DNA of 64,000 nucleotides from Azolla caroliniana (lineage: Eukaryota > Plantae > Polypodiophyta). Every line of letters begins with the position of its first letter. The first letter of the stretch is position 1. Where the stretch lies: assembly GCA_043228905.1 (NCBI GenBank), contig JBHGNT010000010.1, positions 18,414,001 through 18,478,000 on the forward strand. Reading direction: 5' to 3'. Below the pieces are notes generated by a model. It saw only the letters and a list, made by a program, of their open reading frames with translations. It was not told where the DNA came from and ran no database searches. Shown piece after piece: positions 1 to 10,603 of the stretch. The position numbers and the translations under genes were made by a program.

Positions 1-397
1 ATAGCTATCCTCTGGAGTCGTTTCGGATGAACTGGGAATTGTCAAACTTGGACACTTTGAAGCCAATTTAGTGAAGATATTGGAGAAAGGCGTTCTTCAC
101 GTCCATTTGGTGGAGGTGTCACCCATCGGCTGTTGCAAGCGTGATCACGGCTCGGATGGTTATCATCTTTGCCACCGGGGCAAAGGTCTCTGCGTAATCA
201 ACCCCGTGTGTCTGCGCATACTCTTTTGCCACAAGCCGGGCCTTATACCGATTGACGGTGCCGTTGGCATTGTGCTTCACCATGAATATTCATCGACATA
301 CGATTGTCGTTTAATGGGGGGAAGGGGGGACGAGATCCCATGTCTCATTTTTGGAGAGTGCTTGCATCTCCTCATTCATCGCTTCAACCCATCACGG
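1..397 (-). pseudogene. Ty1/Copia element F, reverse transcriptase fragment (outermost host of the nest)
   Basis: Minus strand reads WVEAMNEEMQALSKNETWDLVP...RYKARLVAK..AQTHGVDYAETFAPVAKM...LHQMDVKNAFL with stops and frameshifts. It joins in frame to ...DPETFSEAAKDP at 37754 once element A and one copy of its TSD are removed. Confidence 0.92.
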
Positions 398-1070
398 TGT
401 CGTGGAGAAAACTGTCCCTAGGCGGAAACCGGGTATAACGTGCATAAACCACTCCTTACACGTGGGCACAAGTTTTGTTGTATAGTACGCAGATAGGTAC
501 AAGTCGGCTGAGGTGAAATCCTAGGTAGCACACATTCAGTAGGGAGAAAATCGAGGCGTATCCCTGTCCGAAAGGGCAGGGAATAAACATGATGTAACGG
601 GTGGTAACGACCTCCCTCCTTGGGCTATAAAAGAGAGGGAGAGGTATTGAAAAGGGGGGATCGCGTTTGGGGAGGACGAAGTGCTGCCGCATTGGAACCG
701 AGCTCTTCTTCTCTGTCTTCCCCATAGTCGTTTTGTGTAGGTTTTCGGGAGGCTGACTCTGCTCCGCGGAACGCCCGAGTGCTTCCGGTAGAGTCTCCAT
801 CTCGCATTCTGTGCGTGCGTGCGTGTGTGTGCAGGCGTCAGAGCCTATCACTCGCCAGCTTGCCGGTTGTAACTCCTTGATTTATATATACATATACATT
901 CGTTCTGTCTCCATTGTTCAGAGTTAGTTGCGACTCCTGTGAATCTGTGTGTCTGTGCGCGTGTGAAGTACATCGGTAGTTTCCTTCCCCTCTTCTCATT
1001 CAGTTATTTCTCGGTCCAAGGCCCCCGTGGTCCCGCCTCGTTCTCCACGCACGCACGTAATAACATGAAA
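398..1070 (+). repeat. 5' LTR of element A
   Basis: Direct repeat of 37041-37753, starts TGTCGTGGAG, TATAAAA near 627, followed by the PBS. The terminal CA has mutated to AA. Confidence 0.92.
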
Positions 1071-1074
1071 TATT

Positions 1075-1092
1075 TGGTGAACCCGACATGAA
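1075..1092 (+). promoter_or_regulatory. Primer binding site, tRNA-Trp (element A)
   Basis: TGGTGAACCCGACATGAA: 17/18 complementary to the plant cytosolic tRNA-Trp 3' end as I recall it (...UUCACGUCGGGUUCACCA). Confidence 0.85.
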
Positions 1093-1114
1093 CAGGCGGC
1101 AGAGGAATAAAAAG

Positions 1115-1621
1115 ATGAGAGGGTCGTATCTTGCAGAAGCCATGACTTCGGCCATGGATCATATAGTGAGTACGCGTGAAGGCACATGTGCCCTCGATAG
1201 GGCTATTGAAGCAGTCGTCGGCACGATAGGCCGGTTTGGTGGAAAGGACGCCACGAGCTATTTGGAGGCTTACCAAGCCGAAATAGTGATGAGGAATATC
1301 CCGGAGGACAGGCAACTGCCCGGATTCCCTCGGGTGGCGATGCCGGGCATCCACGCGGAGGTGCTTGAGGTACGGGCTGAGAGTTGGACCTGGGAAGAGT
1401 TTGAAGGTCGGCCCCCTGAAAAATACGGGCTTGATGATGCGCTTTGGCTATCGAAGCGGGACTTCATGGAATGGGTGGAGACCCCTGAAAAGGGGAGAAA
1501 CGCGTCGGTGCTCTTTCGGGAGTTTGAAGAACTCTTCGCACGTTTTTCGGAGTTGGACCGGACCGTACTGGACACAAGTTGTGTCCTATTGCTCGTTAAA
1601 TCAGTGGACGTAAGGGACCGA
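1115..1621 (+). pseudogene. Element A gag N-terminal part (interrupted by B, resumes at 32993)
   Basis: MRGSYLAEAM...VKSVDVRDR is homologous to the Gag of B (3345) and C (31644). Continuation QVGFLLETDDGLTTDW follows 32993. Confidence 0.88.
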
Positions 1622-3299
1622 TGTCGTGATGTGGCGTGCTTGAGGGTGGGAAAAACCGGCAAAAGGGGGGTCAAAATGTGCATGTGCAATGTGTGTGCAC
1701 ACAGAGGTGATTAATTGTACATATGCAAAATAAAAAGGAAAAGAAAGGGTGGAAAGGAGGTATAGAAGCTCGTGCAAAAAGTAAGAGAGAGGAGAGATAA
1801 AAGGTAGAGGGGAGACAGACTATTAATTTATAGAGATAGAATTATATATCATTATATGAGAGAGAGTTAGTGGGCTAGTGGATAGTCACATTGACTATTA
1901 GTTGAAGGTGTATAGTTCGAATTTAGTCTTACAGTGTAGCGTGATTTAAGGAATTTTATTCCTTTTTCATTGAAGACAAATTTGGCGACCCTTCCTTTTT
2001 TTCTTATAAAAGGAGGTCGAGGGGGGCTCATTCAGGAGGACGTTTTGGGAGGAGGAGACTATCGCCAATTTTCCTTCGAAGCTCTTCATCTCCTTATTCA
2101 CCACTTATCTTCATCTCATACCCCTTCATCCCCCCATCGCCACATGCTCGTCTTCTTCGCGTCGGCACTCGAAATGCTCGTGAGCCCAAGCTTCGTTGGT
2201 TGACGTTGCTCCGCCTCGTTCGTCGTTGCGAGCCTGTGTGCTCGCCGTTATGGTGGTCGTGGTTCGTTGGGATTGGCATTTTGGTGGTGCTCGTGTGTTC
2301 ATCTTCGCCGTGTTCGGATTTGCTTTGGTCTCTAAGGGCATTTAATATTTATGTTTTGATTGAGCTTGTGGTTAACTATAAGTTGCCATTGTAAACAAAA
2401 CCCTATTTTATAAAGGGTCCTCTTGCGTTGGAATCAAACACATATTTATCTCTTTGGTTGATATCATTCGTGTTTCTTTCTCTCCTTCTTTCTTTATTCG
2501 TGTCTTCCTTGTACGTTTGACTGTCTTGTGACGAGGGGACCGTTCGGGCTTGCCCATGCACCTCTCCTCCTCATAAAGGCGTACGAGCATTTTGTGCGTG
2601 TGTTTGTGTCTTTCTTGTACGTTCGACCGTCTTGTGACGAGGGGACCATTCGAGCTTGCCCATGCACCTCTCCTCCTCATAAAGGCGTACGAGCATTTGT
2701 GTGTGTGTTTTGTGTCTTCCTTGTATGTTCGGCCGTCTTGTGACGAGGGGACTGTTTGGGCTTGCCCATGCACCTCTCCTCCTCATAAAGGCGTACGAGC
2801 ATTTTGTGCGTGTGTTTGTGTCTTCCTTGTACGTTCGGCCGTCTTGTGACAAGGGAACCGTTCGGGCTTGGCCATGCACCTCTCCTCCTCATAAAGGTGT
2901 ATGAGCATTTGTGTGTGTGTTTTGTGTCTTCCTCGTACGTTCAACGTCTTGTGACGAGGGAGCGTTCGGGCGTGCCCATGCACCTCTCCTCCTCATAAAG
3001 ACGTACGGACATTCGTGTTTGTGTTATCGTCCCCTTGTGCGTTCATGTTGCGTGCTCATCTTTCTTGTACCCGTTTGGTCACTTGGCTTGTGCGGTGATC
3101 TCGGAAGGTCGACGAGTCATGATTAACGAGAGCCACCAGCCTCACAAAACAAAGGGCAATGAGACCTTGCTCAGGAAGGGGTCAGGAAGTAGTATTGTCG
3201 TAAAGCAAACCTCGGGTCTTCTCTATCCCTTGAGTACTCCCTAGTCCAAGACCCCCGTGGTCCCGCCCAAGTAACACACGTGAGCGAAACTTCGCGACA
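1622..3299 (+). repeat. 5' LTR of element B
   Basis: TGTCGTGAT...TTCGCGACA, matching 8842-9933 plus 32311-32992. Confidence 0.92.
2523..3010 (+). repeat. ~106-bp tandem array (5 units) inside the B 5' LTR
   Basis: Unit GTCTTGTGACGAGGGGACCGTTCGGGCTTGCCCATGCACCTCTCCTCCTCATAAAGGCGTACGAGC... starts near 2523, 2629, 2735, 2841 and 2946. Confidence 0.93.
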
Positions 3300-3304
3300 T
3301 AAAT

Positions 3305-3322
3305 TGGTGAACCCGACGTGAA
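3305..3322 (+). promoter_or_regulatory. Primer binding site, tRNA-Trp (element B)
   Basis: TGGTGAACCCGACGTGAA, 18-nt complement of the tRNA-Trp 3' end, 5 nt after the LTR end. Confidence 0.88.
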
Positions 3323-3344
3323 AGGGCGGCAAGGGAGAACCAAG

Positions 3345-5350
3345 ATGCGAGGAGGAGAACTCGCTGAAGTGATGGCGGCGGCGGCGGACTGCTTGGTAAA
3401 TGCCCGAGAAGGCATCACCGGCCTAGACCGGGCCATAGATACGATGGTTAGCACAACGGGTCGGTTCAATGGAAGAGATATCACGAGGTACTTGGATGCC
3501 TATAAGGCCGAAATGCTTATGCGAAACGTCCCCGAAGATAGGCGACTAACCGGATTTGCTAGAGTGGTAACGCCGAGTATCCACGCGGAGGTACTCGAGA
3601 TCCAAGCGGACTGTTGCAATTGGGTGGAGTTCGAAGAAAGACTCCCCGGGAAGTACGGCCTTGATGACTCACTCAGAATTTTGAAAAGGGATCTAATGGA
3701 GTGGGTTGAGCTTCATGGCAAGGGGAGAAATACTATGGTACTTTTACAAGAGTTTGAGAAGCGCTTCGCGCAACTCTCGACGCTCGATAGGATGGTGCTT
3801 GACACAAGCAAGGTCCTACTATTCATAAAGACTGTTGATGCACGAGACCGAGAGAAGGTGGGGTCCCTCCTCGAAACTGATGGTGGGCTCATGACGGATT
3901 GGGCTATGGTAAAACGGGTTTGTAGCTGCTTCGATAAGAGAAGGGAATGGAATGTCCATTAGTGAGATACACGAACCCAGGGGTGGCAGAATACCTCAAG
4001 AAAGAGAGCAAGCAAATGCAAGGTTTATCCCCGAGAGAAACGTGGTTGAAGCACTGTCGGGAGGGTCGGCAATAGACAAGCTCACAAAGATGGTGTGAGA
4101 TCTCCAAATAGCGCAAGCTAGGAGAGTGAGTGGCGCCCTCAAGATCGACGTCCCCCGTTCGCGCAAAGATGTATGTGGTGCGACAACCCCGACCACCTAC
4201 GAAGGGAGTGTGGAGACTTTCAAGAGGCCCTAAGAAAGGATATTGTCTTTGGAACAATAGGGTCTATTCGACGGAGACAAGGCGCCCCTTGGGATTGAAT
4301 CAAGGCTGAGGGGGCATGAGAAGGCTAATGGAGGAGGCCGAAGCACGACATGTTGAAGCCGTCCACTACTCGGCGTCGGCTGGGATCCGAGTGGGGAAAG
4401 AGGTGAGGAGGCAAGAGGAGAAAGAATTTAACTCTTGGCCATCAATCCTTGGAAGGCTCTCTAAGGGGAAGTTCAAAAGAGAAGAAGTAGACGAAGCGGA
4501 AAGAAGGGTCCAAGAAGCAACCGGGTGGAAGGATCCGTTGGAAGAAAAGACAGGCTTAGTGGAAGCCGCTTGCCAAAACTACGAAGTAATGGTAGAAGAG
4601 AAGAAGGTAGGAAATGATGAGGGAGCTGGTCCATCAAGGAAATACGATGCTCGAGGTGCACGAAGAAGGGAAGAGCCGAACCAGTCTCAAGCACGCGACG
4701 AAAGATGGAAAGAGAAGGGGAACCCCCCCAACTTCAAGCTTTGCTCGGAGATCGAACAAGCAACGGACTTGAAGAAGATAGTGGAGGAGAGGATCCTCGA
4801 TAGCCGCGTAGACTCAACGGAGCAAGAAGTGGCAAAACCCGCGATTGTAAATGCATTGTCAACTGAGGTCCCCGAGGAAGACGAAGACTATGCGAACAAT
4901 CACTACATGAGGCCGCATTGGGCGAGAGCGACAACGGAGACACTGGTACGGGTCGGAGACGTAAAAGAGCCGGTGGTAGCATTGATCGACCATGGCTCTG
5001 AGATCAACCTTATGTCCATGGACTTTTATAAAAAGGGAAAGTGGAAGATTAGAGCGGCGACCCGAGCAACCGAGGAGCTATACGGGGCTTGCCCGAATGT
5101 ACGTGTGAAGGTGGGGGACGTAGAAATAGATCAACATTTCTTTGTTCAAGAGACATCCTCGCACCCGGTCATCTTGGGTGAACCATACATCACGGCGGCT
5201 CACATGGAGACGAAGGTGCTAGACAACGGGTCGGCATATGCGAGGGTCAAGAGCCAAGATGGGAAGCATTCGGTCCAATTCCTTACAGTGAGGCCCAACC
5301 ATGAGCGCAATCGAGCCTCCCTCAAAGGGGATAGTTGAGAGGATTTTTTA
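3345..5350 (+). pseudogene. Element B gag-protease ORF (frameshifted and stopped)
   Basis: Gag fragments, a degenerate zinc knuckle (CMWC..H..C) and the aspartic protease motif ALIDHGSEINLMS, all upstream of the frameshift site. Confidence 0.87.
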
Positions 5351-5410
5351 TTCGGGCTATTAAAGAGGGGGCCCGCAATAGCCTGAGGCAAACTAAGACC
5401 CTAAACCCTT
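5341..5410 (+). promoter_or_regulatory. Putative -1 ribosomal frameshift signal (G GAU UUU plus pseudoknot), element B
   Basis: GGATTTT 5341-5347; stem TCGGGCTATT/AATAGCCTGA; loop GAGGG can pair with CCCTT 5406-5410; pol opens in the -1 frame. Confidence 0.72.
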
Positions 5411-8400
5411 GTAAAACTATTAAATGTAATAGGAAACAATTTTGGTTCTCCGAAAATGGAGCTTGTAAAATTACTAGTTTAAGTGATGGAGATAAGTCTA
5501 GGGCCAAGAGATACAAAAGGTATCTCAAACAATGTAATTTATTGGGGGAAGATGACACCATAAGCGGCGCCATGGAGGCGGTCTCGTTCGACGACACTCT
5601 CAGAGAGATGGAGAGGGTAGTCGTTTCGGGCCTCAATGAAGACAAGGTAATTCCAGTCAACTCAGTTGACATGTACACCGCCATCGAAGAGCTTGGGCGG
5701 TTGATTGAGGAAGCGAGGACGGTCAAGGTGCAAACAAAGTACAAGACCGTGGACAAGAAGGTGAAGCCTGTGGTTGCCCCATTGCCTAACGATAGTTGGG
5801 ATCAGATAAAGGGGGTAGCGGCTGATCCTAGTTTGCGGGACCCACGAGGCATAGGGCATTGGTTCACCGACGAGACGCGACAGAAGCTCCAGATTGGTGG
5901 GGGTGGTTTCCTATTGCGTAGGGAGGAGGAAAGATTTAGAAGGATGATCGAAAGCCACGGAAGGGCTTTCGCCTTCTCGTCGGGTGAGATAGGGTGTGTA
6001 AACCCTAAGATCGTGGAGCCAATGGTGATCTTTACGGTGCCGCATGTACCGTGGAACATCAAGCCAATCCCCATTCCGAGAGCTCACATCCCATACTCGA
6101 ATCAATGGTTCACTGTGCCAAAGAAGAACGGCACATTATGCTTCATCTAGGACCTACAACCTGTTAATCAAGTGACAATTTGAAATGCCGGGGTCGGACC
6201 GAGCATTGACGAATTCGCCGAGGCCTTCGCTGGAAGGTCTATTTATTCGATTGGTGATCTATACTCGGGGTATGATCAATTCCAACTAGTTGTGGAGAGT
6301 AGGGACATCACGACGATGCGGACCCCTATTGGCCTAGTGCGAATGTGTACCTTGCCACAAGGAGGCACTAACTATGTAGCCCACATGGTAAATGCAATGA
6401 ACAAGGTATTGAGAGATTGCATCCCCGACATCACCATGCCGTTCCTCGATGATATCCCAATAAAAGGGTGCTCTGAAGCGGAGAAAGATGAAACCTTGGA
6501 CGAGGATGGGTGCAGACGTTTTGTGGCATATCACATCTCCAATTGCCAGAAGGTTCTACAAAGACTCGAAGATGCACGCTTGACCTTCTCGGGTGAGAAA
6601 TCGGCATTCGGCCAACCGGAGATCCTTATGGTGGGACACTTGTGCGGGGCGTACGGACGGAAGCCATCCCCGGCAAAGGTGGACGCCATCACAGACATGA
6701 GAGAAGAATGTAAATCGCAAATAGAGGTGAGGCGATTTCTTGGTGCTTGTGCATTCTACCACATCTAGATCCCGCACTATGCTCACCTAGCCGAGCCCTT
6801 CTATGGGCTACTCAAGAAGGGGCGGAAGTTCAAGTGGGAGGAAGAGCACACAGAGGCAATGAAGAGGCTCAAAGGAATGTTGGTAGCGGCACCAGCTTTA
6901 CGAAAAGCCGTATACAAGGAAGGGGTGCCCATCTACGTGACGGTAGATACGAGTCCAACAGGGATCGGATGGGTCATCAACCAAGAAGGAGAGGATGGTA
7001 CACACTATGCCATCCGGTTCGGAGCCAAGGTCTTAAGCGAGCGACAACGAGGATACGCCCAAGTAAAACGTGAGCTTTGGGGTATTGTGTCCGCAGTGAA
7101 GGCGGATAAAGATTACCTAATCGGGTCAAAGGTGGTAATAGAGACGGATTGCCTTCCAATCCTAGGGATGGTTTTGGGGTGTGCAACACCTGACCTAGCT
7201 ATGCTAAGATGGATTGCTTACATCAAATCAATGAACCCAGAGATTCACCACATTTTAGGGAAGAACAATGCCATGGAAGATATGCTATTGAGGGCAAGGT
7301 TAGAGGGCGAAAGCGACATGGTGTCTGAAGATGAAGATGTCGCTCTTGACTTCTTTAAGACGGCCCAAGCATCTATAGATGATCGAGATGTGCAAGTGCT
7401 CCACGCCTTCAACGAAAGTGAATACGAAGGGGAGTGGCTACACATTGGCAAGTTCTTAAGCTCAATGACAGTGGATAGTTCATGGTCGAAGGAGGAAGCA
7501 CGGAGAGTCCGAAAGAAAGCGTACAAGTACTTCCTACGAGGGGGATTCCTTTGGAGGCACCCGAAGAGAAGGACGGGGACGCCACAACGAGTGGTCATAA
7601 AGGAAGAGGACCAAACAACATTGGTGTCTGAATTCCACGAGAGTCCTTGGGCGGGACATAGAGGAACGTGAGCGACATTCGAGAAGTTAAAGGAGAAGTA
7701 TTGGTGGCCGGGAATGTACAAGGATGTCGCCCATTTCGTGGGGACGTGTGAAAGCTGCTAGATACACTCCAACATACGCCATAGGGACGAGTTGCACCCG
7801 ACCTACCCACTCACCATACACTTCAAATGGATGGTGGATTTGGTTTCGATGCCGATGGGACTGGGCCAAATGAAATATTTGGTGCTAGCAAGAGAAGACC
7901 TAACAAACCAAGTAGAAGGGCGAGACTTAGCAAACAAAACGACGGCGGGGGTGTGTAAATTCTTACTCGAGGATGTCATCTACCGGTACAGATGTGTAGG
8001 AAAGATTGTGGCCGATAGAGGAGAGCTGAATGCTCACGAAGCTACAGAGCTCTTTGACCCACTTGGAGTGAAGCTCTCTCTCACGACTGCTTATAACCCG
8101 GAGGCTAATGGAAAGATAGAACGCGGACACGGGCCTATCGTAAAAGCCATTGTACGAGCTTGTGATGGGCGAGTCGGGAATTGGCCTCGGTTACTACCTT
8201 ATGCCTTGTTGGCCGATAGAACAACTCATAGCTTAGTTATAGGTTTCATGTCAGCTGAACTCATGTACAGACAAAAGCCGGTGATGCCCATTGAAGACAC
8301 GATCGCTTCATGGGTAGCGATGCCGTGGGAAAATGAGATGAGTCAAGAAGAGCTTCTAGCCACAAGGATAAGGCAACTTGAGAGAAGACCCGAAGACTTG

Positions 8401-8781
8401 GAATTGGCAAAGGAGAGGTTAGAAGTGGCTAGGCTAAGTAACAAAGCCTGATTCGAAAAGACACACCGACTACGCCCTCGGAAGATCGAAGAAGGAGACT
8501 GGGTGATTGTATATGATAGTAGTCTCGACAATCAACATAGCTCAATGCGGAAATTCGCAAAGCAATGGTTCGGGCCGTATGTGGTAATGATTGCAAACGA
8601 TAATGCTACCTACCATCTCGCTGAACTCGATGGGACTAAGCTGGTTGTACCAATAGCCGGGAAGCGGGTCAAAATCTTCAAAAAGCGACACGACAAGGAG
8701 CCAAACCTTGATGACCTTGACGAAGATAAAGGTGAGCAAACAACAAGCCATGGGGTCAATGAGGAGGAAATGAACTATTGA
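5341..8781 (+). pseudogene. Element B pol (RT-RNase H-integrase), multiple stops
   Basis: LPQGGTN and FLDDI (RT), VDTSPTGIG (RH), HESPWAGH..C..C, WMVDLV, YNPEANGKIER and WFGPY (IN). Confidence 0.92.
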
Positions 8782-8841
8782 CCACCCTCATCCCGCCATT
8801 CTTGGCACATACCGGAGGATGTGCGGTTTGGTGGGGGTGGA

Positions 8842-9933
8842 TGTCGTGATATGGCGTGCTCGAGGGTGGGAAAAACCGGCGAAAGGGGGGTCAAAACGCA
8901 TGTGCAATGTGTGTGCACACAGAGGCGATTAATTGTGCATATGCAAAATAAAAAGGGAAAGAACGGGTGGAAAGGAGGTATAGAAGCTCGTGCAAAAAGT
9001 AAGAGAGAGGAGAGATAAAAGGTAGAGGGGAGACAAACTCTTAATTGATAGAGATAGAATTATATATTGTATAAGAGAGAGTTAGTGGGCTAGTGGATAG
9101 TCACATTTACTATTAGCTAGAGGTGCACGATTTGAATCTAGTCTTATAGTGCAGCATGATTTAAGGAATTTTATTCCTTTTTCATTGAAGACAAATTTGG
9201 CGACCCCCCCTTCTTTTTTTCCTATAAAAGGAGGTCGAGGGGGGCTCATTTGGAGGAGGAGACTATATCGCCAATTTTCCTTCGAAGCTCTTCATCTCCT
9301 TATTCACCACTTCTCTTCATCTCATACCCCTTCATCCCCCATCGCCACGTGCTCGTCTTCTTCGCGTCGGCACTCGAAGAGCTCGTGAGCCCAAGCTTCA
9401 TTGGTTGGACGTTGCTCCACCCCGTTCGTCGTTGCGAGCCCGTGTGCTCGCCGTTAGGGTGGTCGTGGTTCGTTGGGATTGGCATTTTGGTGGTGCTTGT
9501 GTGTTCATTTTTGCCGTGTTCGGATTTGCTTTTGTCTCTGAGGGCATTTAATATTTACGTTTTGATTGAGCTTGTGGTTAACTATAAGTTGTCATTGTAA
9601 ACAAAACCCTATTTTATAAAGGGTCCTCTTGCGTTGGAATCGAACACGTATTTATCTCTTTGGTTGATATCATTCATGTTTCTTTCTCTCCTTCTTTCTT
9701 TATTCGTGTCTTCCTTGTACGTTCGGTCGTCTTGTGACGAGGGGACCGTTCGGGCTTGCCCATGCACCTCTCCTCCTCATAAAGGCGTACGAGCATTTTG
9801 TGCGTGTGTTTGTGTCTTTCTTGTACGTTCGATCGTCTTGTGACGAGGGGACCGTTCGGGCTTGCCCATGCACCTCTCCTCCTCATAAAGGCTTACGAGC
9901 GTTTGTGTGTGTGTTTGTGTCTTCCTTGTACGT
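8842..9933 (+). repeat. 3' LTR of B, left part (interrupted by C)
   Basis: Matches the 5' LTR from 1622 and is preceded by GGTGGGGGTGGA (PPT-like). Confidence 0.92.
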
Positions 9934-10530
9934 TGTCGAGGTATTCCTCACGGATGCGTGGAATGAGGCGGGACCTCGGGGGTCCTGTACCGAAGGGCAA
10001 GAGAGAAAGGAGAAGAGACCCACTACGTGCGAGAGTAGATTCACAGGGACACGGCCCTTCGACACACAGAGACACGAATGTATGTATGTATTAACAAAGA
10101 CAAACAACAAAACACGAAGTCGGTTACAACCGAACAGGCCGGCGAACAGATGCCGATACCTGTTCGTAAACGCACAGAAAGGAAGGAGTAGGTTGGAGGT
10201 GCTACCGGAAGCACTCGGGCATTCCTCAGAGCAGCGCGAGCCTCCCGAAACCTGCACAGAAGGAAGCTATGGCGTTTGCGAACCAGAGAGAGAGAGAAGC
10301 CTTCGCCCACGAACCGACAGCACTTCGTCCTCGACTCTCCGCGATCCCTTCGCCCCTCCTCGTCGCCCTCCTTTTATAGGCAAGGAAGGAGCCGTTTCCC
10401 CTTTACTTCCTACCTACCGAATCTGCCTGCCTAGGATCTCCTATGTACAACATAAGGCGCACGTGCATGAAGAGCCGGTTCCTACGCTCCGGTGCACCGA
10501 TTCCGCTTGTGGATGGTTTTCTTCACGACA
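9934..10530 (-). repeat. 3' LTR of element C
   Basis: Direct repeat of 31689-32310, 25 bp shorter; PPT-like GGTGGGGGCGGA adjacent on the minus strand. Confidence 0.94.
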
Positions 10531-10603
10531 TCCGCCCCCACCTAACCGCGCATCCACCGGCATGCGCCAAATTGAGTTGGGACGGAGAAAACCGGTCCAG
10601 CCT

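Noticed and set aside
71-421. 116-aa plus-strand ORF
   Set aside because: Antisense shadow of the Copia RT, running into the LTR of A.
2523-3010. CRISPR-like array
   Set aside because: Whole 106-bp units repeat with point variants, there are no unique spacers and no cas genes, and the array is part of an LTR.
2408-3126. Many short ORFs such as MRRRGAWASPNG on both strands (also near 9.7 kb and 32.3-32.9 kb)
   Set aside because: Artefacts of the tandem repeat inside the B LTRs.
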